From an uncultured Candidatus Binatia bacterium (GTDB lineage: Bacteria; Desulfobacterota; Binatia; Bin18): 64,000 nucleotides of DNA. Below are positions 52,663-62,391 of this stretch, piece after piece (the stretch's first letter is position 1; each line of letters opens with the position of its first letter). Made by a program: the position numbers and the translations under genes. The stretch covers positions 1,150,173-1,214,172 of the forward strand of contig OZ251505.1 in the NCBI GenBank assembly GCA_965242795.1, written 5' to 3'. A model generated the notes under the pieces. It searched no databases. It had not been told where the DNA came from and worked only from the letters and a program-made list of their open reading frames with translations.

Positions 52663-52705
52663 AATCGGCGGAGCCGCGTCGTCCGGTGAGAGGAAGGAAA
52701 GCCGC

Positions 52706-53842
52706 ATGGCGGAAGCACGGGGCCGGTTCGGAGCCGAAACGGAGCGAGTCGAGAACAGCCTGCTGGCGTTTCTGCGCGGGACCGAAGCCCATCTGGAACA
52801 CTTGCAGATGGCACGTCTGGACGCGCAAAACCGGGCGCTCGAAGAAAAACTCGGGCCGACCGTCGCCGTACTGCGGAGTGCCGCGGCCGACTTGGCCGTC
52901 GGTCGAGTGGACGCGAACGAATCTCGCGCCACGCTGCGCCGGGCGCTCGACCATTGCAGCGAGGCGTACACCTTCCTGCTGCGGTTCAGGGGCATGGAGT
53001 CCGCCCTGGACCTGCTCAAAGGGCGCCACGAGTTGTGTCTGGGAAAACTTCTCCTCTACGAATTGCGGGTGGATCTGCCCGCCCTGCAGGAGTATTGGGT
53101 GTTGCCGGCCAGCATGGCGAAGCTGCCCGCGTTGGAGACGCGCGAAGTCGGTGTCGACGTTCCGGTGGGCATCCGGCGCGTGGAGCGCGAATCCGGGCGT
53201 TCGGCCTATTCCCTGTACGTCCCCGAAAACTATTCGGCCCGCCGGGAGTGGCCGCTCATCGTGTGTCTGCACGGCGGCTACAGCCGCGACGACGATTATC
53301 TGCTCACGTGGCTGCGCGCGGCCAAGAGCCGCGGCTTCATGCTGCTCGCCCCGAAATCCGTCCGCGAAACCTGGTCCGCCATCCGCCTGCCCGGCATTCC
53401 GCCCGAACCGAGCCTGGACCGTCGCTCCATCCGCGCCATGCTGGAGGAGGTGTGGAGCCGCTACGCCGTGGACCGCCGGCGCGTGTATCTGACCGGATTT
53501 TCCGACGGCGGGATCTTCACCTACGTGCTGGGGCTGGCGTACGCCGACCTGTTCGCCGGCATCGCGCCCGTCGCCGGCCGCATCCATCCCGCGGTCGAGC
53601 CTATTATCGAACGCGGACAAGGCAAGGACCTGCCCATCCTGATGGTGCACGGCGCCCGCGATCCGATCTTCGCCGTCGAGCAGACCCGCCGCACCCACGC
53701 CGCGTTACGGAATCGCGGCTACGACGTGCACTATACCGAGCTACCCGACTGGGGCCACGCCTACCCGTACTCAATCAACGAGACGATCGTCCTGCCGTGG
53801 TTCGAGGGACTTCCGCCCAAGTCGCCGCCTCCCGCGGCCTGA
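52706..53842 (+). CDS. Phospholipase/carboxylesterase (alpha/beta hydrolase) with helical N-terminal extension
   Basis: LHGG, GFSDGG nucleophile elbow, HGARD, GH. Confidence 0.8.
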   Translation: MAEARGRFGAETERVENSLLAFLRGTEAHLEHLQMARLDAQNRALEEKLGPTVAVLRSAAADLAVGRVDANESRATLRRALDHCSEAYTFLLRFRGMESALDLLKGRHELCLGKLLLYELRVDLPALQEYWVLPASMAKLPALETREVGVDVPVGIRRVERESGRSAYSLYVPENYSARREWPLIVCLHGGYSRDDDYLLTWLRAAKSRGFMLLAPKSVRETWSAIRLPGIPPEPSLDRRSIRAMLEEVWSRYAVDRRRVYLTGFSDGGIFTYVLGLAYADLFAGIAPVAGRIHPAVEPIIERGQGKDLPILMVHGARDPIFAVEQTRRTHAALRNRGYDVHYTELPDWGHAYPYSINETIVLPWFEGLPPKSPPPAA

Positions 53843-53922
53843 CCTTCGGACAGCCCGTGAACGGCAACACGGTCCGGGCACTCGCTGAGCTGGAGGGGAA
53901 ACGGTTTCGCCCGCGGCGTGGA

Positions 53923-54432
53923 TCACCCCGCCCAGCGAGAAAAGAGATTGAACAATCGCTGGCCGACGATCCCGATGAGCGGCGGGAAGACCAGGCTGGG
54001 CAAGGCTCGTGCGGCCGTGAACGGCCAGCCCAGAAACGGGATCTCCCAGGTGAACAGCCGCGTCGGAGACAGCAGCGTCTTGGCCGTGATGAACGCCAGC
54101 AGCGGGCCGACGGCCACACCCTGCTTCATGAGCGCCGCGGCCACGGGAAAGACCACGTACGGGCCGCCCGGCATCAACAGCCCGATCAGCCAGCCGATCA
54201 GGACACCCTTGACCCCGGACTGCGCGCCCATCCAGGCCACGAGCGTTTCGCGCGGCAGCAGTACGTTGAAGAACCCGGCAAAGCAGAAGCCCAACAGCAG
54301 CGGCAGCCAGACGTCGTGCAGCAGCCCCGCGGCCGACTGGAACCCCTTGAGCGGGAGCGCCGGACTCTTGAGAAAAGCCAGAACGATCAGCCCCAGAGTG
54401 AGGCCGGCCATGATAAGCACGCCGGTGTTCAT
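53923..54432 (-). CDS. Predicted permease (DUF318-like, short)
   Basis: Hydrophobic; G.L.PGGPYVVFPVAAAL..QG motif. Confidence 0.7.
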   Translation of the reverse strand: MNTGVLIMAGLTLGLIVLAFLKSPALPLKGFQSAAGLLHDVWLPLLLGFCFAGFFNVLLPRETLVAWMGAQSGVKGVLIGWLIGLLMPGGPYVVFPVAAALMKQGVAVGPLLAFITAKTLLSPTRLFTWEIPFLGWPFTAARALPSLVFPPLIGIVGQRLFNLFSRWAG

Positions 54433-54582
54433 GGTGCGGTTCCTGGATGCGGTTCCACGCCGCGGCGCGGAAGGGCCGGAAGGTGACGTCGGCGGTGAGC
54501 CGGAAACGGACGAAGCCCCCGGGCCGTTCGGCGTGACGCTGCCCGGGCTGGGCGGATCGGTCATGTGCACGGCGCCACCGGC

Positions 54583-55734
54583 CTACCCGTGCCGCGGCGC
54601 CGTGGGTTGGGCGGCCGGCGCAAGGCGTCGGCTGGTACGCAGGTCGCGGTACACCAGGGCGACGTCGGGCTGCGCTGTCGGGGCCGATGCAGGGTCGTCG
54701 GCGTCGCGCGCCGCGTCGAGCACGATCTGGTGATGGGGCGACAGTCCGCAGACCGGATCGGTCGCCGCGGCATCGCCGGTCAGCAGAAACGCCTGGCAGC
54801 GGCAGCCGCCGAAATCCTTCGTGCGGTGTTCGCAGCTTCGGCACGGCTCCTGCATCCAGTCCTCGCCGCGATAGGCGTTGAGGCCGGGCGAGTCGTACCA
54901 GATGTCGGCCAGCGGCTTGTCCTTGACGCTCTCGAAGCGGAGCGAGGCGATCGCGTGCGCGGCGTGACAGGGCAGCACTTGGCCGGTCGGCGTGATGCAC
55001 ATGTAGCTGCGCGCCCAGCCGCCCGAGCAGGCTTTGGGCCGATCCTCGAAATAGTCGATCTTGACGAACGCGATCTCCAGTGTGCCCTGATAGCGCCGGC
55101 GGGCGTCGCGCGCCGTCTGTTCCGCGGCTTCATATTGCGCGCGGGTCGGGAGTAAAGCGGCACGGTTCTCGAACGCCCAGGCGTAGTATTGGGTGTTGGC
55201 GAGTTCCAGCCGCCCGGCACCGAGCGCGACGGCTTGCTCGATCAATTCCGGCACCCGCTCGATGTTGAGGCGATGCAGGTTGACGTTCAGCGTAAGCGGA
55301 AAACCGGCCGTGCGAATGGCCTCGGCCACGGCCAGTTTCTTCGCGTACGACGGCATACCGGCGATCCGGTCCGCGGTGTCCGCGTCGGTATCCTGAATGC
55401 TGAGTTGGACGTGTTCGAGGCCGGCTGCCTTGAGTTCGGCGAGTAAGGCCGCGTCCAAGAGCGTGCCGCCGGTAATCAGGTTGGTGTACAGGTCGCAGGT
55501 TCGGGCGTGGCGCACGAGGGCGACGACGTCGTTGCGCACCAGCGGTTCGCCGCCCGACAGATGCACCTGCACCACGCCGAGTTCCGCGGCCTGGGAGAAC
55601 GTTCGGCACCACTGCTCGGTCGTGAGTTCGGCGAGTTGGGTATGGAAATCGACCGGGTTGGAGCAGTACACGCATTTGAGCGGGCAGCGGTAGGACAACT
55701 CGGCAACGACGGTGTAGGGCCGCGGTGCGCTCAT
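54583..55734 (-). CDS. pqqE: PqqA peptide cyclase, radical SAM/SPASM
   Basis: AELSYRCPLKCVYCSNP, ELANTQYY.WA, PCH, C..C.....DFGGCRCQA. Confidence 0.95.
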   Translation of the reverse strand: MSAPRPYTVVAELSYRCPLKCVYCSNPVDFHTQLAELTTEQWCRTFSQAAELGVVQVHLSGGEPLVRNDVVALVRHARTCDLYTNLITGGTLLDAALLAELKAAGLEHVQLSIQDTDADTADRIAGMPSYAKKLAVAEAIRTAGFPLTLNVNLHRLNIERVPELIEQAVALGAGRLELANTQYYAWAFENRAALLPTRAQYEAAEQTARDARRRYQGTLEIAFVKIDYFEDRPKACSGGWARSYMCITPTGQVLPCHAAHAIASLRFESVKDKPLADIWYDSPGLNAYRGEDWMQEPCRSCEHRTKDFGGCRCQAFLLTGDAAATDPVCGLSPHHQIVLDAARDADDPASAPTAQPDVALVYRDLRTSRRLAPAAQPTAPRHG

Positions 55735-56054
55735 GCCTCCTCCGATTCCCGCGGCGTCGCGTCGTCCAGCCCGGTCTCCAACAGGCCGCGGGCGTGAATC
55801 CGGGTCAGCAGTTCGTGGACGTGCGCGGCGATCTGCGCACGGTCGGCGTCTGCGAACCGTTCGTCCAGGCCCGCGACGATGTCGGCCACGCTGCGTTGCC
55901 CGTCGCACAGCTTGAGCACCTCGGCCGCGGTCGGGTTGAGCATGAGCGCGGCTTCGGGGAAGACCAGCATGTACCGCTCGTCCACCTTGTCCCAACGCAA
56001 GCGCGCCTTGGCGGCGAGACGCGGTTTCCAGTCCGACAGAGGCGGGGCGGCCAT
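55731..56054 (-). CDS. pqqD: PqqA-binding chaperone
   Basis: RWDKV...LVFPE..L.LNPTAAEVLKLCDG; operon position. Confidence 0.92.
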   Translation of the reverse strand: MAAPPLSDWKPRLAAKARLRWDKVDERYMLVFPEAALMLNPTAAEVLKLCDGQRSVADIVAGLDERFADADRAQIAAHVHELLTRIHARGLLETGLDDATPRESEEA

Positions 56055-56105
56055 GTGTGAGTCCCGATGGAGAAGACGTTGTCGACAGCCGAAGTACCCT
56101 TCGTG

Positions 56106-56855
56106 CTAGTCGTCCCAGAACGGCGGTTTGAGCCCGGGACTGACGTGGGCATGGTGCACCGCGTCCAGCAAACTCCACAAGATGTGACATTTGGTCCGCA
56201 GCGCGGTCATGGCGCGTTCCTGATCGTCGCGTGTCGGGCAGTGGGAGATCACGTAGTCGAGGCCGTATTCCACGTCGCGCGGGGCCTGTTCGAGCCGGGC
56301 GCGGAAGTATTCCAGGCCGCGCGCTTCGACCCACGGATAGTGGGTGTCGAACGCGGGCAGCCTGCGCGCCATGAGCGTCGGGGCGAACAGTTCGGTGAGC
56401 GACGAGGCGACCGCTTCCATCAGGGAATGGGTCTGGACGAAGGCCAGATAGGCGTCCACCGCAAAGCGGACCCCGGGCAGCACGTGGCGAAACGCGATCA
56501 TGTCGTCGCGCGACAGGCCGGCCGCCTCCCCGAGCACCAGCCATTTGTGGATGCCGCCGGCGTCGTCGCCGCGACCGTCATGGTCGAGGATGCGCTGAAT
56601 CCAGGCGCGGCGCATGGCCGGGTCGTTGACGCGCGCCATGATCGCCGCGTCTTTGCGCGGGATCATGCACTGATAGTAGAAGCGGTTCTCGATCCAGGCT
56701 TGCAGTTGGCGTTGGGTCAGTTCGCCGGCGTGCATCAACACGTGGAAGGGATGCTTGTCGTGATACCCCTGCGCGCCGATCTCGCGCAGCCGCGCCGTAA
56801 ACGCTTCGGGGCTCAGAACCGTGGCATCCGCATGCGCCGTTTCACTGCCCGCCAT
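56106..56855 (-). CDS. pqqC: PQQ synthase
   Basis: YHDKHPFH, NRFYYQ..IP.KDA, RILDHDG, SSLTELFAP, KC.ILW..LD. Confidence 0.95.
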   Translation of the reverse strand: MAGSETAHADATVLSPEAFTARLREIGAQGYHDKHPFHVLMHAGELTQRQLQAWIENRFYYQCMIPRKDAAIMARVNDPAMRRAWIQRILDHDGRGDDAGGIHKWLVLGEAAGLSRDDMIAFRHVLPGVRFAVDAYLAFVQTHSLMEAVASSLTELFAPTLMARRLPAFDTHYPWVEARGLEYFRARLEQAPRDVEYGLDYVISHCPTRDDQERAMTALRTKCHILWSLLDAVHHAHVSPGLKPPFWDD

Positions 56856-56971
56856 GTCGGAACGCTCCCCTGCGGATTCCGCTCGTCCTTTGTCGGCGCC
56901 TTGCCGGTTTCTCCGACTTTCTCCAACCGCGGGAGAGTACCGGAAGCAGTCGCCGCGGTTCAGCCTTTTTC

Positions 56972-57904
56972 TTAAACCCGGAAGTCCATTCCGTCAAAAG
57001 CGATTTCCCACCCCGCGGCCTGCGCGGCGCGGCGCTCGGCCGAATCCTCGACCAGCAGCGGGTTGGTATTGTTCAAATGGGTGTAGATCTTCCGCACGCC
57101 CGTCAGGTCGGCGAGTCGGGCCAGACTGCCGTTCGGCCCGCTGACCGGCACGTGGCCCATGGAAAACGACGTCTTCTGCGCCAGCCCGACGCCGATCATC
57201 TCGTCGTCTGTCCAGCACGTTCCGTCGATGAAGAAGACGTCGCAGCCGCGCAACCGCTCTTTCACCGCGTCGTCCACCTCGCGCACGCCGGGCAGATAGA
57301 CCAGCGCGCGCCCGGAGCCCGCGTCTGTGAACCGATAACCTATGGATGCCTGACTCCAATCGTCCACCTTGCCCACGAGATACGCAGGTGCCCGGCCGGG
57401 GACGCAGAACGCCTGATAGCGGATGCCGCTGGCCCGGTCGTCCACGCCGCTCAAGTCCTGCATATCCTCCGGGTCGTTGCCGAGGTGCACGGTCTGCCAA
57501 GTACAGCGGGGTGGGCCGCACACGGCGCGGAAGACCGAGTTGCCGTCCATGATCCAACCGCGCACCTGCGCGGTCGCGTACAGGGTGAGCGGCTGGGATT
57601 CGCGCAGCGTCAACAGGCCGGCGATGTGGTCCACCTCGGCGTTGGTCAGGAGTACCGCCTGAATGGGGCTGTGCCGCGGGCTAGCCTGGGGCGACAGGGC
57701 GTCGAAGCCGGCGATCTGCTGGCGGACGTCCGGCCCGGCGTTGACCAGATACCAGCGCCGGTCGTCGGCGCTGACGGCAATGGCGGACTGGGTCCGCGCC
57801 GCGGCGTGCAGCGTGCCCGCGCGCAATCCGCGACACTGCGGACAGTTGCAGTTCCATTGCGGAAACCCGCCGCCCGCCCCGGAACCCAGGACACGGACCC
57901 GCAT
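56972..57904 (-). CDS. pqqB: PQQ biosynthesis protein B
   Basis: VLGSGAGGGFPQWNCNC..C, RTQS, DHIAGLL.LRE, HLNNTNP. Confidence 0.95.
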   Translation of the reverse strand: MRVRVLGSGAGGGFPQWNCNCPQCRGLRAGTLHAAARTQSAIAVSADDRRWYLVNAGPDVRQQIAGFDALSPQASPRHSPIQAVLLTNAEVDHIAGLLTLRESQPLTLYATAQVRGWIMDGNSVFRAVCGPPRCTWQTVHLGNDPEDMQDLSGVDDRASGIRYQAFCVPGRAPAYLVGKVDDWSQASIGYRFTDAGSGRALVYLPGVREVDDAVKERLRGCDVFFIDGTCWTDDEMIGVGLAQKTSFSMGHVPVSGPNGSLARLADLTGVRKIYTHLNNTNPLLVEDSAERRAAQAAGWEIAFDGMDFRV

Positions 57905-57956
57905 GTCGTTCCCCTGTTTTCCCCCGACCGGCGCGGACGGAACCTCCGGCGCCGGC

Positions 57957-57994
57957 AAAAAAACGGGCTTCTCCCAGAAGGTGGGGAAGCCCGT
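57957..57994 (-). terminator. Hairpin/terminator between pqqA and pqqB
   Basis: ACGGGCTTCCCC-loop-GGAGAAGCCCGT followed by T7 on the minus strand. Confidence 0.8.
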
Positions 57995-58017
57995 GAAGCG
58001 TACTCCCGTAGAAGGAG

Positions 58018-58095
58018 TTACTCGGAGACGAGAATGTACATGCTGACTTCGGCGTCCATTCTCACTTCCGTGAATTCAGGTTTTTCCCACGCCAT
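58018..58095 (-). CDS. pqqA: PQQ precursor peptide
   Basis: MAWEKPEFTEVRMDAEVSMYILVSE: W.KP.F plus E-x-x-x-Y; AGGAGG RBS; directly upstream of pqqB. Confidence 0.92.
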   Translation of the reverse strand: MAWEKPEFTEVRMDAEVSMYILVSE

Positions 58096-58314
58096 GAGAC
58101 TACCTCCTTGTTTGATCCTCGGCACGCTACCCGATGGCTGCGGGCTTGTCCAGACATCGTTCCGGCAGCCGGCCTTCCGTCCGGTCCCGCGGCCTGCCCT
58201 CGATTTTCGGGACACTATGCAGAGATTTGACTTTTTTGCAAGAAGCGAAAAGAATTTCTCTTCGGCCCCGCTGTCGATAGGTCTCAACTTGAATCCTGGG
58301 GCATGACTGGTTGT

Positions 58315-58403
58315 GTAGGGGCAACCCCCTGTGGTCCCTGAGCCCGTCGAAGGGTGGTTGCCCTTGGGGCGGGGATGGGCAGGCACAGGGGCCTGCCCCT
58401 ACA
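58315..58403. repeat. Family D REP doublet with nested family A hairpin
   Basis: Reverse-complement homologue of 35592-35655 carrying an extra CCCTGAGCCCGTCGAAGGG flanked by TGGT. Confidence 0.85.
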
Positions 58404-58497
58404 CTCGGGGGCCGCCATTCGCCGAAAGAGAAATTTCAACCTGAGACGCTACCCCGCAAACCGCCTCTCCACCCCACCGGGACCGAGCGCCGCAGGC

Positions 58498-58839
58498 ATG
58501 AACATCCAGATTTTCGGCTTGAAGAAATGCGCCGACACCCGCAAGGCGCAGCGGTTCTTCAAGGAGCGCGGAATCCGCTTCCAATTCATTGACCTGAGCC
58601 GGAAGGGCCTTTCCAAAGGCGAGTTGCGTTCCGTCGCCGTGCGCGTGCCGCTGGCATCCCTGCTGGACCGGACGGGCAATCGCTTCCTTGAAAAGGGCTT
58701 GGCTCATGCGTCCCTGACCCAGTCGCGCATCGAGAGTCTGCTGCTCGACGACCCGTTGCTGACGCGCACCCCGGTCGTCCGCAACGGCAAGGAAGCGACC
58801 GTCGGCCATTGCCCGGAGGTCTGGAAGACCTGGTCCTGA
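58498..58839 (+). CDS. ArsC/Spx/MgsR family protein
   Basis: MNIQIFG.KKC.DTRKAQRFFKERGI...P.L.RTPVVRNGK.ATVG. Confidence 0.85.
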   Translation: MNIQIFGLKKCADTRKAQRFFKERGIRFQFIDLSRKGLSKGELRSVAVRVPLASLLDRTGNRFLEKGLAHASLTQSRIESLLLDDPLLTRTPVVRNGKEATVGHCPEVWKTWS

Positions 58840-58846
58840 ACTTTCC

Positions 58847-59935
58847 ATGCCGGACGTGCCCACGCGCCTGATCCCTGCGGTCGAGACCTATTTCGCCGTG
58901 CTGCATCGGGTGCGCGCATCCGGCGGCGCCACGGGGGAACGGTCGCACTATACGGCGCTCGACAATCTGCTCACTGCGGTCGGCACCACGCTCAGGCCCA
59001 AGGTGTTCTGCGTGCCGGAGTTGGCCGATCAGGGCGCCGGCCATCCCGACTTCAGCTTGTACGCCGCAAAGCAGGGGCAGCGGGGTCAGCCGAAGCAGGG
59101 CCAGACGCCGGAACGCGGCGTGGTCGAAGTGAAGGGTGAGGATGACGATGCGTTCCTGACCGCGACCGGGGAGCAGATCAGTCGCTATTGGACTCGTTAC
59201 CGGCTGGTGCTGGTCACCAATACGCGCGACTTCGGGCTCGTCGGCGAAGACCCGAACGGAAAGCCGGCCAAGCGCGAAACGTTCCAGCTAGAGGAGAGTG
59301 CGGAGGACTTTGCCCGTGGGCTGGAAACGCCGCGCGCTTTCGCTTGGAAGATGGGAGCCGGGCAGGGCGAATATCTGAGATGGACGTTGTCGCATCGCGC
59401 GGTCCTGACCGATCCGAAAGACGTGGTGGGGCTGCTCGCCTCGTATGCCCGCGACGCGTTGCACCGAGTGGAAGCCGCAGGCGACGCCCCGTCGTTGAAT
59501 GCGGTCCGATCCGCTCTGGAAGAGGCGCTCGGCATTCGGTTCGAGGGAGAACGTGGGGAGCGGTTCTTCCGTTCGACGTTGGTGCAGACCCTTTTCTACG
59601 GCGTATTCTCCGCCTGGGTTCTGTGGGCACGATCCGGCAGTCTGAACGTCCCAACAAACGGTTCGCCTGGGAACGCGGGCGTCCCGCCCGCCTCCTTCGA
59701 TTGGCGTACTGCGGTTTGGCATCTCTGCACGCCGGTACTACGGGCACTGTTCCAGCAGATCTCCGACCCCGGCCGCCTGCAACCGCTCGGCCTCGTCGAA
59801 GTCCTGGACTGGACCGCCGCTCGACCGGGTGGACCACGCTGCGTTCTTCACGCGCTTCAACGCGGGTGACGCCGTTCCCTACTTCTACGAACCCTTCCTG
59901 GAAGCGTTCGATCCCGCCCTGCGCAAGCAGCGCGG
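58847..59935 (+). pseudogene. N-terminal fragment of a type ISP/IIG-like restriction-modification enzyme
   Basis: ATGERSHY, GHPDF, VVEVK, LVTN, STLVQTLFYG.FSAW; frameshift near 59820, then DAVPYFYEPFLEAFDPALRKQ; ends before the methylase motifs. Confidence 0.75.
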
Positions 59936-59969
59936 TGGGGTTGGTGCGGTCTAACGATCTCGCCGAGGA

Positions 59970-60002
59970 TGTCGGATTACGCCTCCGGCTAATCCGACCT
60001 AC
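59970..60002 (-). repeat. Family E REP
   Basis: TGTCGGATTACGCCTCCGGCTAATCCGACCTAC is nearly the exact reverse complement of 16095-16127. Confidence 0.85.
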
Positions 60003-60184
60003 GGGTTCTGCCCAAGCATTTTATCCGCCTCCCCCGGGCAAAGATGGATGCTTCCCGCGCCCACGACATATGAGTCCCGTCCCGCGATACCTGTAATCTC
60101 CTTCTTGATCTATACGTTCTCCGGGAAAGAAGGCGGGGGCGGAGTTCGCAGGCGGTACGCAGTTTCAGTCGTTGGCGCTGGGCA

Positions 60185-60955
60185 CTAGGCCAACGCCTCG
60201 GGGGCGTGTCGGATTTGCTGCCACTGGTTGGGGTCGTGGCCGTAGATGATGGTCGCGCCCTGCTTGTCGCGCAGGTCGCGTAAGGTGTCGAGGGAACGGT
60301 ACATCTCGTCCGTGTCGTAGGCGATCGACGGCAGCACGTGCTCGTCCATGTTGCGTTTGGTGTAACAGGCGTCGGCCGTCACCACGATGTCGGTGCCCTT
60401 GGTGACCCGAATCCGCATGGACTGGTGGCCGGGCGTGTGGCCGTGGGTCGGGAACAGCACCAGGGCGCCATCTCCGAAGATGTCCAGTTCGCCGTCCACG
60501 GCTTGGTAGTCGAGTCGGTGATCGTAGTCCTGCGGGTCGAAGAACGCCTTTTCCGCTACCGCCGGATCCTTGCTGGCTTCCAGTTCGTTCTTCTGCACCA
60601 GGAAGGTGGAGTTGGGGAAGAATTCGTTGCCGCCGGCGTGATCGAAGTGGAAGTGGGAGTTCACGACGTAGGTGACGTCGTCCGGCGTCAGCTTGAACTT
60701 CGCCAACTGGCTGACGATTTCTTCGCCCGGCTTGGCGCGCGGCACGAAGGTGTCGGCGATGTCGCCCAGCCGGCCCTTAGCATCGTCGATGCACGAGCAG
60801 TGGACGCCCGTGTCGAACACGACGTTCCCCTTGGGGTGCGTGACCAGATAGCTCGGCACCGGGATGGTCATCTGCTCGCCCTGCTTGTCGTGCGGAAAGA
60901 ACAGGCGGCTGTCGAATTCCAGAAACCCGACCGGCATGGAAAAAACTTGCGGCAT
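60185..60955 (-). CDS. N-acyl homoserine lactonase family metallo-beta-lactamase
   Basis: SHFHFDHAGG (HxHxDH), HGHTPGHQS, ADACY, GHD. Confidence 0.85.
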   Translation of the reverse strand: MPQVFSMPVGFLEFDSRLFFPHDKQGEQMTIPVPSYLVTHPKGNVVFDTGVHCSCIDDAKGRLGDIADTFVPRAKPGEEIVSQLAKFKLTPDDVTYVVNSHFHFDHAGGNEFFPNSTFLVQKNELEASKDPAVAEKAFFDPQDYDHRLDYQAVDGELDIFGDGALVLFPTHGHTPGHQSMRIRVTKGTDIVVTADACYTKRNMDEHVLPSIAYDTDEMYRSLDTLRDLRDKQGATIIYGHDPNQWQQIRHAPEALA

Positions 60956-61184
60956 GGTGCCCCCTTTATCTGGTCGTGCGTGGGTTGGAGTCCAACAACC
61001 CTGCGGTCTTTCTTCCTCCGCCCATTCTCTCGATACGGTTCGGCAGACTCGGGGACCGGCGAGGGTGAAAAGGAACCACGATCGGTTGCGCCCACTTTTA
61101 GCCCTCTCTCCTGTTGGGAGTCCAGACCGGCCGAGCCGGGAATTCGCCGGCGTCTTCGTCATTTTTCCGGGAGATTTGACGGAG

Positions 61185-62381
61185 TCACCGACGTCTCGGA
61201 GAAAGGGCGTTTTCGTCCGGCGCCGTGAACCCCGCAGCCCGGTGAGCCATGCGGAACAAGAGCACGAACAGCGCCGCGAAGCCGCCCAGGACGCCAAGCT
61301 CCAGCCAGCCCAGCGGCAGCCACGTTTCGTGCCAGACGGACGGCACGACCAGCACGTAACGCTCCAGCCACATGCCCGCCACGACGGACGCGCCCACGGC
61401 GGCCAAGGCCCGCGGCGTGCGTTTGGTCCATTGCAGCAACAAGAGCGGGAACGGCAACAGGAAGTTGAGCAACAGGACCGCCCGACTCACGCCCCGCCAA
61501 GGCGCGGTGTGCAGTCGGACGATCAGAAAGCCGGTTTCTTCGGGCAGGTTGGCGTACCAGATAGGCAGGTAGTGGCACCAGAACAGATACGTCCACAGGA
61601 TGCAGAACCCGAACAGCAGTTTTCCCAGGTCGTGACTGACGCCACTCCACTCGACCCCAGAGTCGACCGGGGCCGGCAAGAGCCAGCCGAGGACCGCCAA
61701 CAGGCCCAGCCCGGCGTACAGATTGCCGATGCAGACGTAGGCGCCGAACAGAGTGCTGATCCAGTGCGGGTCGAGCGACATCACCAGATCGAAGGCGAGC
61801 AGGCTGCCGACAACCGCGTAGAGCACGAGGAACAGCACGGACAGGGCCGTCAACCGCGCCGCGGACGGTTCGCTTGGATTGCCGGCCGTGGATCGGCTGG
61901 AAGCGGGTTCACGATCTCGGCGTGCGGCGCGGAACAGGCAGAAGCCGACGCCGTACAGGACGATCAGGCCGACCACGTCGCGGGCGATCAGGAACGGGGT
62001 ATCGAGCCAAGCGGCTTTGGCCGGGATCGGATGAGTTATCCAGGAAAACAGGTGTTCGCGGCCCAGGAACAGCGGCCCGAACAAGAGCAGGGAGACCGGA
62101 AGAAACCCGGCCAGCGCCTCTGCGGTTCCGCGGAGCGGCCCGGCCCACTCGGCTTTGGTCAGCCGCAGCATGGCAGTGAATGCGAGCCCGCTCAGCGCCA
62201 GCCCCGACCAGAACAGCCAGTTCACGAGATAGGCCAGCCAGGCGCGCTGAGGATACGGCCCACTGACGCCGACCAGAAAGACGCCCGTGCCGAGCGCGGC
62301 CAGCAGCCATAGGCCGGCGGTTGCGTGACCGGAGCGCGCGGCCGCGGGCGGATCGGGCTGGGCATCGAGCCGGGGGCTCAT
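61185..62381 (-). CDS. actF: Alternative complex III membrane subunit ActF-like
   Basis: AWL..PF..R, FDLVMSLDPHW.STLFG, HDLGKLLFGF, LPIWYANLPEET. Confidence 0.85.
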   Translation of the reverse strand: MSPRLDAQPDPPAAARSGHATAGLWLLAALGTGVFLVGVSGPYPQRAWLAYLVNWLFWSGLALSGLAFTAMLRLTKAEWAGPLRGTAEALAGFLPVSLLLFGPLFLGREHLFSWITHPIPAKAAWLDTPFLIARDVVGLIVLYGVGFCLFRAARRDREPASSRSTAGNPSEPSAARLTALSVLFLVLYAVVGSLLAFDLVMSLDPHWISTLFGAYVCIGNLYAGLGLLAVLGWLLPAPVDSGVEWSGVSHDLGKLLFGFCILWTYLFWCHYLPIWYANLPEETGFLIVRLHTAPWRGVSRAVLLLNFLLPFPLLLLQWTKRTPRALAAVGASVVAGMWLERYVLVVPSVWHETWLPLGWLELGVLGGFAALFVLLFRMAHRAAGFTAPDENALSPRRR

Positions 62382-62391
62382 TCCGACCGGC

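Noticed and set aside
54583-56544. 653-aa PqqE fusion
   Set aside because: The N-terminal part overlaps pqqC/pqqD in other frames; pqqE has its own RBS and ATG at 55734.
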